The notes under the pieces were generated by a model that saw only the letters and a list, made by a program, of their open reading frames with translations, ran no database searches and had not been told where the DNA came from. A program made the position numbers and the translations under genes. A stretch of DNA of 63,776 nucleotides, the filler included, from Reticulomyxa filosa (Eukaryota; Protista; Foraminifera): the NCBI GenBank assembly GCA_000512085.1. It is 20 parts of 20 records of this genome, joined end to end, with 100 filler letters (N's around TTAATTAATTAA, not from the genome) between each part and the next. Parts side by side here need not be neighbours in the genome. Positions count along the whole stretch, not along the records: positions 21,232 to 25,983 come from ASPP01003265.1; positions 26,084 to 35,294 come from ASPP01008312.1; positions 35,395 to 36,597 come from ASPP01014117.1; 17 more parts are not named here. One strand, given 5' to 3'. This document shows positions 22,969-36,697 of the stretch, piece after piece (position 1 is the first letter of the stretch; each line of letters opens with the position of its first letter).

Positions 22969-25394
22969 ACAAACAATGACATATACACACACGCATTTTG
23001 GATTTATGATCTAGATTTTTGTAATATGTCCAAGACTTATTTGTTGGTCACACATTTTGCCCACTTTTACTTGAAACTTTTCTTGATGATTTGTTCAAGT
23101 GAACATATAACAAATTCAATTTCATGTTGCAAATTTTTTTAAATGATGATACCAATGGATTCTGTAAAAAGTTGTTTCAATTAAAATTGCCAACAAAAAA
23201 ATGTGTAACAATTACTTTTTATTTTTTATTTTTACCAATGAAAAAAAAAGAACATCAGCATATGTCAATTCAAAGCCACACAAGTCCCCCTAACCCCCGT
23301 TTTAGGCCAGCCCAGGTGCAGATAAGAATCAATATTGAATTATTTTTCCAAGGGGAACTTGTAATAATTTTTTTTGTCAAATACGAAATTATTTGCAATT
23401 TTACTTTTGAAAAATAACTATCAACATATGTTGTATGTTGTAAATGACAGAACTTTTTTGTTCTTTCAACTAAAAGAATTTTTTTTGCGACATGGCCACC
23501 AAGGAAATAAAGTTTATTTTATTTTTTTCTACAACTTATTGGAAACGTAGGATCTTAGTTTTAATATATTTCAATAAAAGTCGCAATTTGTTTGCTTTCC
23601 AACTGGTTCCAGCTTTCGTCCATCCATTTTTGTTCTACCGTCAATATTTTCATTTGTGCTGTAGATTTGTTTCTCTTTCGTCAATTTTTATTCACAGGCT
23701 GCTTTCTGATATAGATCTTGTATCTTCCAAGCAAATGCGTCGTTGTTGGAGTATTATTCAAGAAGTTGGTCCACTTTTTTTGGGTTGTACGCAAAATTCG
23801 ACTTTTTTTCGATTTCCAAAAGTTGTTTTAATTGTTTTGAACTATTTGCGACTGCTTCATATCTTATTTGTGTCAATAAAAAATAAACATCAAAGAATTT
23901 TCTTTTTATTAAGGAAAATAGCTTTACAAAAATATCGAAAAAGTGATAATTATTTGGATAAAATGTTTATTTTTGACTTGTTCAATGCTGTCACAACAAC
24001 TACATATTTCCTCCTACGGAAGCTGGCTCCATTCTACAGGCTCTTCGTTTTTCCATTCATTTAATTCAGCAATTTTTTTTTTCATTTCTTCGCAAGCATT
24101 CGCAACTGCAAAGAAATCTCTATTTGTTCATTGCAATTATTACTCTGTTGCACATTTGAACCGAACTGTGTGCCCATTTGGCTTGGGAGAATAAACTGCC
24201 GATCTTGTGTGAATTGATCAATTTTCAATTGTAATTGCCCAATCTGTTTCCCTTTTTATTAGATCATGCTAAATACATCACCGTTTTCCAACATTTCACT
24301 TATTCTTATACTTCAATCGCAGGCTTCGTGTTTGCAAGTGCGTGTTGTTGTTTTCTCTTGGTTCAATATGGCTACAAATGTCTTAATATCAATGAAACAA
24401 GAAATTGAAGATTATCCTTTTCATATGCTCTTGTAGGTACGCAAAAACCACTGCTTTTCTTGATCTTCACCTTGACCACCAAACGATAACAACTGCACTT
24501 CGTCTTCATTTGCTTCAATCTTTTTCCATTGCACCACGCAATGCCCGTTCATTGCGCATCCTCGGGATACGAATAATCAATTGCACCATGCATGATATTC
24601 AAAACAACTTTAAATTTTGTGTGAAAATAAACTCAAGTTTTTTCATAAGAAAATCGAATATTTTGTTTGAACAATATTGTGTTGACTATTCGAAGAATAA
24701 ACCAAAAAAGACTACAATAATTCATTTGCTCTTTATGGTTTTATCCATTTCCAAAGTCTTTGTCAAATAATCTTTTATTTCTTTTTAGTTTGCTAAAACA
24801 CAAACATTACAGAGAAAAAAAAAAAAAATATTGAAGTAGCCCCTTTTTGGTGGTCTTTCCATTTTGTAATTTTTCTAAAAACACTTGCTTTTGGAAACAA
24901 TGATGAAATAAAGTTGAACAATACAATGTAAGCGTTTCTTATTTGGAAAAAAATTGTGTTGAATAAAAGGGTTCTAAAACGAGTTCAGTTCCATTTTTTT
25001 TATTTTTTTATCTTTCATGTTTGATATCTTTTTATTTAGTCCAAAGCACAGACATGAAATTACTCAAAATCTGAAAGCAGTATGGTCGTACGTAATTTCA
25101 GATTGTTGTTTCATACTGAAATTACAATATAACCGTAGTTTTTTTGTTGATAATTATTAACAAAGTATTGTTACTTTTGTATCGGAAAATATCTTCGTGA
25201 AGAAAAATGTGTTACAAAAGCAATGAAATCAACGATAAAATTGAAATTAAAATAAGCAACCAAACAACAAGAATGAATTTAGTTCAAAATGCAGCAAAAA
25301 AACGAATGCAAACTCACAACATATTTTTTTCTAATATATATTATTTAAAAGAAAGGATTTACAAAAAAAGGACAGAAAAAATGAATATTAAAGG

Positions 25395-25983
25395 TTAAAC
25401 TGTGTCATAATAGCAGCCAATGCCATCTATTGATATCTGAGATTGTTTCAAAGTTTTCTGATAATATTTTGTTGATTCTCTGAGAGTTTGAAAATGATAG
25501 AAGGTCCAATCAGGAGTACGAACCAAACGATTGAGGGAATCATTGATTAGATGCAATACTTGAATATATGCACATTCAATCATAGGTACCGCTTCCAACC
25601 CTATCTCTTGTACAAAGGAAGTAAGAATGTGAATCAACTCAGTTGGCATGCATTTGTAACGAGTAATCTTTGCCAGCTCAAATTCGGTATCTACAAAAAA
25701 CTTAATTCGATTAAAATTCCACAAGCCTTCGCAAGGTAGATGTAAATCAACTTTGGAGTCTTCTTCCAGGAACTTTTTGACAAAATCTTGGATGAGAATT
25801 TGATCAAAGTGAGATAAGTTGACTTGCATTCGTGAATTTGGATCAATGTAATGATAATACATCCTCCTTATCGCAATCTTTAGACTGCAATTTGTGATAT
25901 CAATCATATCACTAGTGACTAAGTTGCCATTGGTTAGATTCAGTCCCTTTCTTAGCAAACAAGATAGATCCACATCCACATTC
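25395..25983 (-). CDS. C-terminal exon of an RGS-domain protein
   Basis: MYYHYIDPNSRMQVNLS and AYIQVLHLINDSLNRL correspond to the RGS YI...xNIS and late helix (LMxxDSxxRF) motifs, separated by an insert. Confidence 0.65.
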
Positions 25984-26083
25984 NNNNNNNNNNNNNNNNN
26001 NNNNNNNNNNNNNNNNNNNNNNNNNNNTTAATTAATTAANNNNNNNNNNNNNNNNNNNNNNNNNNNNNNNNNNNNNNNNNNNN

Positions 26084-29000
26084 GAAGAAGAAGAAGAAGA
26101 AGAAGAAGAAGAGGAAAAATAATGCAAACGAAGAGATAAATGTCAGAGCTGAGAAACGTGATGTCGCAGTCGAAAATGAAAACAATGCCAATGACCAAAA
26201 CCAACCCAGTGTCAAAAACAAAAGCAAAGACGACAATGTCGAGGATGAACCAAATCAAGAGTCGGGGTCGCCATGGACGGAAGTCAACTTCCAACAAGAG
26301 GTTGGCAAAAATAAAAAAGCAGAAACTGACCATGCACAGATTGGGCCCCATGACAGTGACAATGAAATCATTGTGAGTGCCAATAAGCCTCGAGACAAAT
26401 CCGAAAGTGGAAAACGTGTTGTGCCGCGAAAATACAATGCAAATAACACCAAAAGCAGTAACAAAAATAAAGCGGCCAAAAGTGACAACTTTGCCAGTGG
26501 AGGAGTTGCAAGAGGAAGAGAAAGAGGAAGAGGAAGGAGTGAACATAAAAAAGACGCATTCAAAAACTGGTTAGAAAAGATTGTAAACGGATTGAAAGAC
26601 GAAAAAGTGGTGGTGCTGTTTAGTGGCAGCTTACGCCATTGCTACGAATTAGCCTCGATGCTCTCTGAAAAGGGTGGCATTGTTTACATTGAAAAGTCCA
26701 AAGACATTGCCGATCGCAACAAAAATCTGGTGTCTCTCAACAAGGCGTCCAGCGATCGATTCAGTGGCCCCGTGGCTCCACGTTTGGCGTGCAACTTGCA
26801 ATGGAAGTACTACTTTATGCACTCCATTTTGAAAGTGGTCATGTTGCACTGGCGTGACTCGGTCGAGCGTGTAATGCTCGAAATTTGTGAGCATTGGCAT
26901 CAAGCATTGCGTACTATTATTCCTTTTGCTATTGGTAATGGTACTAGTGGTAGTAGTGGAAATGAGATCAATGAGGAGATCAACACAGCTACGCAGCCTG
27001 GAATCATAAACAATAAACAAACACAGGCTTTATTTGCTCATTTGAGACAACCTTCGAATAATGAAATGTTGAAAGAGTTCATTGGTGTTTTGAGCATCTG
27101 CTTGTATTGTGTGAATCCACCCCGACATTTCCAATGGATTAATAGCACGCGAGATCATCAAAAGCTGTTTCGAGGCTGTCGTGTCCGAGTATCTCATTTG
27201 GGGAAAATGTCCTTCGAAGGCATTGTCACCAATGTGCATAAGAGTCGAAGTGAGGTGACCATCCTGCTTGATCACTACTTCCACGATCGTCATCGCCATA
27301 TGAACCAGGGCGTGCATCTGAAACCCGTCGAAATTGTCAAACTCGAAAAGGAAACTCAAATCGATCTTATCGGATTTATGGAGGTGCGAGACACGCGCGC
27401 AGTCGCTCTTTCGCCACCAGTCGTCGCCATCATGGACACCTTACTATCCCACTGGATTCCGTTTTTGCCGCATTTGTCGCAGATCATCAAAGTATGGCAT
27501 CCGAATGTGGTCTTTGCGTTTGCAAATAACCTTTCTCCGCCAAAACGATCAGCCACGACGGCCATGGCTACAACAACAACAACAATGACAACGGCAGCGA
27601 CAGCGACAACAACGACAATGACAATGACAACAACGACGATGACGACAATGACGACGGAAAAGAAAGACTCAAGTACAGACAATGTCATGACAACGATAAA
27701 ATCAAACTCTCATTTCGAGGACGAGCCATCGATGAAGGAATTGATTGTGCCGCAAGGCCAAGACTTGAAGGCAAGACGTGAAGATGATCATGGCGGCGAT
27801 GTGGATGGAGATATTGACATAAGCGGTGGAGGATCGGACGCCGAGTTGGACGACGATCTGAGACAAGCAATTGCTCTGTCGATGAGTACGTTGGAACCAG
27901 AGAACAGCAACAAGGACGGCAATACGCTAACGATCGATGATCCATTGCCGCAGTTGCCTTTGAGTGATTCTTCCGACAATGAACACGAAAAGGAAAAGGA
28001 AAAAGAAAAGGAAGAGGATAAAGAGAAGGAAAAAGAAAAAGAAAATAAAAATGAAAAGGAAAACGAAAAAGAAAACGAAAAAGAAAATGAAAATGAAAAT
28101 GAAAACGACAAATATTCAGACAACAAAGAAGAAAAAGAACCAATACAAATGGATGGCGAAGAAGACGACAACGACACAAAGTGGATGAAAGTGCAATACC
28201 AAATCCTGCTCAAATATTTGGAGGGTCTGTCCATGGTGTTTGTATGCGAAGGTTTGGACCAGTACTGTCGCAATCCGCAAGCCATGCTCAAGTCCTTGTC
28301 CCAGTCCACGTGCGTGTCCACATTGGCCGACGTGATGGCCACCATGGGCAAGAAATCGTCGAGTTCGGCAGTCTGGGAGCAGTGGTATTCCTCCAGCGGA
28401 CGTCTGTTTGACAAGTTATTGGACCACACGAGACTGGCGCACGAATTCCAAAGACACATTCCAACGCTAATGTCTCGCGAAGACGACCAGCAAAAGCAAA
28501 CGAAAAAAGAGACAATGATAACAACGACAACGACAACGATAACGACAACGACGACGACGACAACGGATGAAAAACACGAAAACGAAAAGGAAAACGAAGA
28601 TAGCAAAGAAGAAAAGGTGGCAGACAAAAAAACAGACATTTCGATGGACCAACTCGCCAATGTCATTTATCAACCCAGATTTGACAAGGAAAGCAAAAAG
28701 ATCATTGGCATGGATGGCAGTGTGGCCGACACTCCGACATATTGGGACTTGAGGCATCGCAAGCATGTGATCATCCATCCCAATCCCTTACAACTGGAAT
28801 TCCGCAGACACGAGCCGGACACGGTTGTGTTCGTCGCGGACGCAAAGGTGCCATTGATTTGGGACTACTACTTTGAAGTCAAGATTGTGCAAATGAAGCC
28901 ATTGAATGAGGCGAATAACCTGGGTTCCATTAGCATTGGTTTGCGTTCGAATTGGACAGATCTGTTCATCAATGACAATTCGACCAAGTGGACAAGCAAT

Positions 29001-32000
29001 CGACGCTATATGTCATTCCAAAACCCTAGCGTGACTTCCAAACAGCAATCATCATCATCATCATCATCATCATCCTCATCCGCATCCGCATCCTCGTCTT
29101 CGACGACCAATCAATCATTCCAAGAGTACTACCAGGGCTCGAAGAAAAAGGAGACGGAGACGCAGAAGAAAGAAGAGGTGTCTGTGTTTGATATGTTGGA
29201 AAAGGGTGACTACGTGGACTATCACGACAGCGACTCGAACCTGTGGAGATCGGGCGTAGTCTTGTCCAAGGAGCGGCCTTCGTCTGACGCGGAGCCAACA
29301 ATGAAGATTCAGATGCTCGACAACGCAAAAGATGTGAAATCGATTTCAATGAGTTCCAAGAGCAGTCGCAACAAGATCAGCGTATTTGGTACAAAGTGCA
29401 TGTACACGCCCACACTGCGAAGCGACCGCACGGTCACGAGCGTGAATGATTACGACACGATCATATTTGGCGAAGGCGATATTATCGGCTGCGGAATCGA
29501 CCATCTGAAAGGCGAAGTGTTCTTCACCAAAAACGGAGAGCGATTTATCGGCCGTCCTACGTTTATCGATGTGAGGCCTGAAAACTATTACCCTTGTGTG
29601 GAAATCCGTCATCACAATGTGGTCATCGAAACCAACTTTGGACAGCACCCGTTCGTATGGGATGATTATACCAAAAAACCGAGAGTCGGAGATAACGCCG
29701 ACTCCCAATGGGCCGTTCGCGTGGATCTGTACGAAAAACAATTGGACGACGAAAAGCGACAAGCGATCATGGCCGTTCGCACCAAACGCGAATTGCGTGA
29801 GGCGCAATACATTCGTCGACTCGACATGGCCGCGAATTTGGAAGGGAGTGGAATGCTGCCCACGGTCAATCGCGAACAACTTATGCGAGGAATCGAGTTC
29901 AATGGGGACGACCCCAATCGCGTCGTCAACTGGGCGTTCAGTCAGGAAGACTTCTTCGCCGCTTTCAACGAGTTGGGCCCTTCCAAGTCCGAGCGCGAAC
30001 GCGAAGAAGAAGAGCGCGAAGATATGAAAAAAAGAGAGCGTCTCACCATTGTCCAGTCGCGCTTGCAGGCTGTCGTCGATGGAAAGATGTCCATTCGAAT
30101 GGCCAATGAAACCAAAAAGACCAACACCTCTGACACCAGTGCCTCCACTAGCGCCATTTCATCGCCCACCAAGGGAGTTACGTCTCCCCGCAAAGACATG
30201 GCACATTTCACCACAAAGCACAAGATGCTCATGCCTAGTTATCGAACTTTGGCGCATAAATCGGTTCATACGGTATGTGTTGTTTTTTTTTTTTTTTGAA
30301 TACAACAAATTAAATATATACATATATGTATATATGTATATATTTAATTTGTTTACTTTGCCATATACGTATACATATACATATACATGTATGTATATTT
30401 GTACATATATTTGTACATATATTTGTATACATATTTGTAATTATATATATATATATATATGTACATATATAGTTCCCAGTCACGAAAGCAGAACCATTGG
30501 AAAACAAGTTTTCGAAAATCAACAAAGCACACGGCTATGAATTGCACACATCGAATGTGGCAGACTTGCCAATCTATTACAAGCAGAGTATCAGTGATCC
30601 GCGACTGGACGCGTGGATTGCGACAGTGGAGCGACGTTTGCGCCTCGCCGGCGCGGAGCCATTCACGCTATTCGAGGTAGTGACGCGCCTGCGGGCCAAT
30701 CCTCGGGACGTAGTGGCGCTAATGCAAGCGCGAGAAATGTATCCGGAGCTGGAAGACTGTCCAGTGTCGGCACGTCGCTTTGCGAATGAGACCACGACGC
30801 AGTCGCCCAACGTGAAGCTGGACTTGGTAACGATCGACGCGTCGGCGCAAAACCTGCACTTTGGCACAAGCGTGAAAGTGAAGGCAGACAGTAAGGCCAC
30901 GGTGCTGATGGTGCGCGCAAAAGTGTGGGTAGAGCAAATGTTTGAAATCTTGGGCAGAGAGGGTCGTGTAATTGTGATCGACAACGAATCGAAGCCGAAG
31001 CTGGCATTGGTATTGTTTGCGGACACACCATTTCGCTATGAGTGTCGATGGTGGTTGCCTTTGGACGTGTTGGAATTGTCTCCACTGAAGGTGAACGAGT
31101 CATCACATATCCATCCGGTCAAGTTGTCCCATCACTTTATACACAATATGGACTCGGCCATTGCTGGCTGTGCCAAACAATGTTTGCAATATTTGCATCG
31201 ATCCAACAAGTTCCAAGCCTTGAAACCGCCTTTGACCAGTCAGTTGCTATCGCAGCCTCAACATTACGAATTTTATGCCTCGTCGCTACCCTTCTCTTTC
31301 GCAAGTGTTCCCATGGCATTTGAGACGTCGCGACAAAAGTGTGAATCTATCTCCTCCAGCTTGTCCTGGGTCGAGGAACATGCGCTCAATGATCCACAGC
31401 TCATGTCCATGACCATCAACTATTGCATCGAACAGTGGGAGAGACTATCGCATGAAATCGTCTTGGAAGGATGCAAGGACGCCAGTCAATTGCACGCATT
31501 GACCGTCCATTGTCGCTTTGACAATTGCTGCGGCATTTTATTCGAAGTCCCGAAGCTCGATGAAAAATACTCGTGCAACGACTTCTTCACCATCTATGGA
31601 GACATGTTTTGCCAAGAGATCTTGTTTCGACGATGCGTCGCCGAGGTCACACACATGGTTGTTCCGTCCAACGAAATCTGGCTGTCCGTCACGGGCTCCA
31701 AGCCACTCAATGTCAAGGTCTATCCCTTGCCCGAAATCATCACCTTTGTCCTTGCCTCGTCTCTCCAGAAATTGTGGAATTGGAATAATGATTTGCTTAT
31801 TGCCATTATGAAAGTTACACCTACTCTATATTTGAGCCTTTTATATATTTACCATATATGTATTATGTATTTATTTATGTATACATTTGTATATGATTGC
31901 AACCAAACATAAACGAATTAGAATCTATTCAATGACAATGTCCCGTTGCCAGTGTGTTCGGAATGGCTATTGGGACTTGCGTCTGTGTTTGAGTCCTTTC

Positions 32001-35000
32001 CACAAAGCGAAAAAGCTCATTTGTCCAATGACTTGGTGGAGTTGCTCAAGCTGCTTGTGCACAACCTCGATCACTGCTACAAAGTGGAGCTGGCTGAAAA
32101 AATCAACAACGACGGGTCCAAACTGGCTGTACACTCCTCGTTTGTGAAGAATGGCTTTGCATGTTTGCTGCAAGCACAACAATGCTTCAATTTGTCCTCC
32201 AAGGGTATCGTTTTACCAGAGTGGTTTGCTCAGTGTTGTGTCGCACTTGATATGGCACAGGTAAAATAAAAAAAAAAAAAGAAACATTTATTTCTGACAA
32301 AACCAACATATAACATAACGTATTCCGTTGTTTAAAAAAGCGTCCGTTTAAACAAGAATTCATCCAAGAGCAATGCATAAAGTACTTGGAAGAGGTTGAT
32401 GAAAAAGAGCAAGCACCTGTCCAAATCCAATCTCCAGCAGTGGCAACGGCGACAGTGACAAAAGAGGATGCACAACAAGAGAAAGAAAACATGCCCGAAA
32501 AAGCGGGAAACATTTGCAAAAAAGAAGCAAGCAATGCGACAACAGCATCATGCGATGGCGATGGAAAAAAAGAGCCCACGTCGGCAGTGACGTCGGAGAC
32601 GACAAAGGTAACTCGAGAAATGAAAATGAAATGGCTGCTCGACTGGAACAGACACGATGATATCACATTGGTGTCGTCCTGTTCTCACTCCACAAAGATG
32701 GCCGAATATATCAAGCAGCGACCCATACCCCCGTTAGACTTGACAAATGCGACAAAGGATGCCGAAAATACCACTCCTCCGAGCGAAGAGAAAGTGAACG
32801 AAAATGAGAACCGCAGTGGCGACAATCCGCCACCGAACGAGGAAGATGCAAGAAGGCAAGAGGAGGTAGAAGAAGAAGAAGAAGAGGAAGAAGAGGCCAA
32901 CGACGTATACGACGTTACCGCTTCCTCGGAAAAAGAACAAGGCAACGAAGCAGCGAGTGACGATGACAAATATATGAATGCAAATGAAAGTAAAATGAGT
33001 GAGCCAACAACGAATGCTAGCAACGCCATCGATGCAACGACAGACAATCGTGAACAATCACATGTGAAATTTGGGGATATATTGGAAGACCTTATCAAAT
33101 CGGAAAAACTCTTGCAATTACGATCCCAACCCAAATGGGATGCCGTGGGTGTCAAGCATTGGAAGAAATTGATTCATTGCAGACTTGTCCTTTTACAAGC
33201 ATTGAATGCTGCCATTGGCAATGTAATCCCACTTCTCGATTGCAACGGACAACTTTCCTTGAATCATGCAATTGCACACATATTCCCGCTGCTATTCCAA
33301 CATATCCGTGACAGCTTTTTGCACAAGATTTTGGACATTACTGCCACGCCGACAGAATTGAGACCTCCCTTTGATTTGCCCATCAATCGACTCCGTGCCA
33401 CCGCCTCCAACTCCTTCTACGACTCAGTCCTGTTCCAAGCCCATCAATTCCTGTTCCGTCTTCAACCCATCCGTCTACGGACACCATGGACTTTGGGTCG
33501 TGGCTTGAGAGCTGAAACCGCCTTCGTTGTGAAACTGCAAGAGAACATGTTTTCGGAGATGACGGACCCTATCGAGCCTTCTTTGCTCATTTAATCGATG
33601 AGTTGCAACACGACCTCGAGAGGCTCCAATCTGGAAACGACAACCATCGCAATCGAAATGACGGTAATGCTGATGAGACCATGAGAGGCAATAACAGTGC
33701 TGCTGCTGCTGCTGCTGCTACCGCCGAATCAAAGACAGAGGCACAAGGCAGCGCCGCTGGCACTGAAACGGAAACCGAAAATGAAACCGAAAGTGAAAAA
33801 GACAAAGAAGTGGATTATTATTCCATTCGTGATATCCCTGTCACTTTGGCTTTATTTGTACCCACATCCAATCGGGCAGGAAGATTGGGCCGTCATTTGG
33901 AATATTATATGCTCAATCCAAATATGGCGTATTACTTGCAATCGCAGGCGTATTTCACCTTGGGACGGATCATGGGCATTGCCATTCGCTCCAGTGTCCC
34001 CTTGCACTTTGATTTGCCAATGTGGTTCTGGATTTGCTTGCACAATTACATTACTTCTGGAAACATCCGGGGAACTGTGCGTACCTCGAATCGTCCGTTT
34101 GACATTGATATTGAAAAACACTTGGAGTGGTTGGAAGAAATGGATGTTTCCACTACTCACACGCTCCAAGAATTATTACAGTTTTGATTCAATTCCCAAA
34201 CACAGGACAATAATAAAATATATATATATATATATTGTGTATGTGTATATGTACACATATATGACAACAGGAGGATCTGTGTGAAATTTGTTTGAAATAT
34301 TATAATTGATGTTTTTTAAAAAAATCTCTTCTTTTCTCACAGATCTGATGACCGAGAGAAATTTGAAGTATTTTTAGAAATGATCAATTTTAATCACACG
34401 CCGAAAACATTTGAAGATGAATGCAGACAATACAAAGTAGAAGACAAAAATCAATTGGTGAAACGACTTTTAGAATATTTGATGTACGATCGATGGGAAG
34501 CACAACTTGACAGCTTCGTTTGCGGGTTCTCTGAAGTCGTACCGATTAACATATTGCTAATGTACTCGCCTCGTGAAATTCGAGGTCACATTTGTGGAGT
34601 GAAAGATATTGATCTGACGTTGCTGCGTGATCATACTGCATATCGTGCCGATTTGACTGCTAACGATGTTTTGATCCAAAACTTTTGGGACGTGGTATTG
34701 TCCTTGGACAATGAATTAAAATCCAGTTTTGTCGATTTTGTTTACGCCCAAAAGAGACTTCCAAGTGCCGAAGAGTTTCGTCGACGCAATTTGCGTTTGA
34801 TGATTTCCGTTTTGGAATGTGGAAATCCCGATCAAACATTGCCACAATCTCAAACTTGCTTTCTCAATTTACAAATCCCCAGATATTCCTCGTATGTCTT
34901 TTTCTGTTTATTTTTTGTTGTGGATATTTTTAAATTAAAAATATGTTCGTGATTATAGCAAAGAAATATTAAAGCGCAACTTGCTAGTCGCCCTGAAATC

Positions 35001-35043
35001 GTCCTCTGGTTTCGCTGAAGAACAACAAGACGTAGCAGAGTGA
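26084..35043 (+). CDS. Very large HECT E3 ubiquitin ligase (UIM, SPRY, Mind-bomb-SH3-like, HECT), multi-exon, 5' end off contig
   Basis: UIM DDDLRQAIALSMS (~27849); SPRY YYFEVKI...FGEGDIIGCG...VFFTKNGE...YPCV...NFGQHPF; HECT GDDGPYRAFF, LGRIMGIAIRS, IQNFWDVV, LPQSQTCFLNLQIPRYSS (catalytic Cys ~34857); last exon ends at TGA 35043; frameshifts near 26370 and 33540. Confidence 0.88.
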
Positions 35044-35395
35044 TGCTTTACGTTTGGACGTTGTTTGAGTTTGCGTTTATAAATCGTTTTTAATTTACAA
35101 TTAAACTCGTCCAACATTGTCAAAGCAGGACTTTCACTTAAAATGTGCTGTCCAATCTAAACAAACAAAAAGAATTTTGTTTTTTTTGTTTTTTATTGCT
35201 CTTCTTTTTCAAACATCAATCTCTTGCTTTAAAAAAAAATTGATTATGACAACTTTAATTCAATTACCAAGATTCGATCAACCTTACGCTATAANNNNNN
35301 NNNNNNNNNNNNNNNNNNNNNNNNNNNNNNNNNNNNNNTTAATTAATTAANNNNNNNNNNNNNNNNNNNNNNNNNNNNNNNNNNNNNNNNNNNNC

Positions 35396-35587
35396 GACGG
35401 CTTCTTCCTCGAATATTTCGGCATCGTCCTGCACGACGCCACGCATCACGCCGGGCCCGACTACATCCAGAAGGCGTCGCTGTACAACATCGAGAGCTTC
35501 TTCGGCTGGGTGTCGTCGGTCGACGCGTTCCGCAACGCCTTGCAGGCCAATGCGCATCCTGCGCTCAACACGGAAGGACAAGGTTGA
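35396..35587 (+). CDS. rutB: Ureidoacrylate amidohydrolase RutB, 3' fragment (bacterial)
   Basis: [21 protein letters not shown]...[11 protein letters not shown]; stop overlaps rutC start (TGATG). Confidence 0.88.
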   Translation, partial: DGFFLEYFGIVLHDATHHAGPDYIQKASLYNIESFFGWVSSVDAFRNALQANAHPALNTEGQG

Positions 35588-35976
35588 TGCCCATGAAGCC
35601 CGTGATCCCGCCCGGCACCGGCAAGACGCTGGCGCCCTACTCGCCCGGCGTCGTCGCCGACGGTATCGTCTACGTGTCCGGCACCCTGCCGCTTGATGCC
35701 GACACCAACGTGGTGCATGTCGGCGACCCGACCGCGCAGACGCATCATGTGCTGAAGACCATCCAGTCGGTGATCGAGGCGGCCGGCGGCACGATGGCCG
35801 ACGTCACCTTCAATTCGATCTTCCTCACCGACTGGGCGCACTATGCCGCGATCAACGCGGTCTATGCGCAGTACTTCCCGGGCGACAAGCCGGCGCGCTA
35901 CTGCATCCAGTGCGGCCTGGTGAAGAAGGACGCGCTGATCGAGATCGCGACTGTCGCGCATATCGGCAAGACATGA
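35587..35976 (+). CDS. rutC: Pyrimidine utilisation protein C (RidA/YjgF family)
   Basis: [55 protein letters not shown]; operonic between rutB and rutD. Confidence 0.95.
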   Translation: MPMKPVIPPGTGKTLAPYSPGVVADGIVYVSGTLPLDADTNVVHVGDPTAQTHHVLKTIQSVIEAAGGTMADVTFNSIFLTDWAHYAAINAVYAQYFPGDKPARYCIQCGLVKKDALIEIATVAHIGKT

Positions 35977-36597
35977 CCTTCGACGTCCACGCGTGCGAAC
36001 GGCCGGACGCCGAGACGGTATTGTTGTCGGCCGGCCTTGGTGGCGCGGCCGGTTACTGGACGCCGCAGCTTGCCGCGCTCAAGGCTCGTTATCGTGTGAT
36101 CACCTACGATCAAAGCGGCACCGGGCGCGCTCGCGCGACGCAACTGCCGATGGGCTACGCCATCTCCGATATGGCAGACGAGGTTCAGGCGATCCTCGAT
36201 GCGACCGGAACGACGGCGTGCCACTTCGTCGGCCATGCGCTGGGCGGCCTCGCGGGCGTCGACCTTGCGCTTCGCCATCCAGACCGCGTGCGTTCCCTCA
36301 CCATCGTCAACGGCTGGGCAACGGCCGATGCCCATACGAGACGCTGCTTCGAGATCCGCGTCGCGCTTCTCGAGGGTGCCGGACCCGAAGCCTATGTCCG
36401 CGCCCAGCCGATCTTCCTCTATCCCGCAACCTGGCTGGCGGCGAACGCCGAGCGCATGGAAGCGGAGGACGCCCACGCGCTGTCGGGCTTCCAGGGCAGC
36501 AACAACCTGCTGCGCCGCATCGAGGCGCTGTTGCGCTTCGACGCCACGCCGCACCTCGACACGCTACGATTGCCCGTGCTGCTGTCGGCCGCGCGCG
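35973..36597 (+). CDS. rutD: Pyrimidine utilisation protein D (alpha/beta hydrolase), 3'-truncated
   Basis: [49 protein letters not shown]; ATGA overlap with rutC. Confidence 0.92.
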
Positions 36598-36697
36598 NNN
36601 NNNNNNNNNNNNNNNNNNNNNNNNNNNNNNNNNNNNNNNNNTTAATTAATTAANNNNNNNNNNNNNNNNNNNNNNNNNNNNNNNNNNNNNNNNNNNN

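Noticed and set aside
23600-24800. Possible decayed minus-strand coding region, plus + strand ORFs 23492-24064 and 24405-24770
   Set aside because: Charged coding-like patches with many stops and no identifiable family; + ORFs look like antisense noise.
32386-32400. MEEVD at an ORF start suggesting an HSP90 TPR-binding motif
   Set aside because: The codon is TTG inside an internal HECT-gene exon; the motif only functions at a C-terminus.
2988-36597. Bacterial genes as horizontally transferred islands in the protist genome
   Set aside because: Each bacterial segment fills a whole contig between spacers; there is no junction with host DNA.
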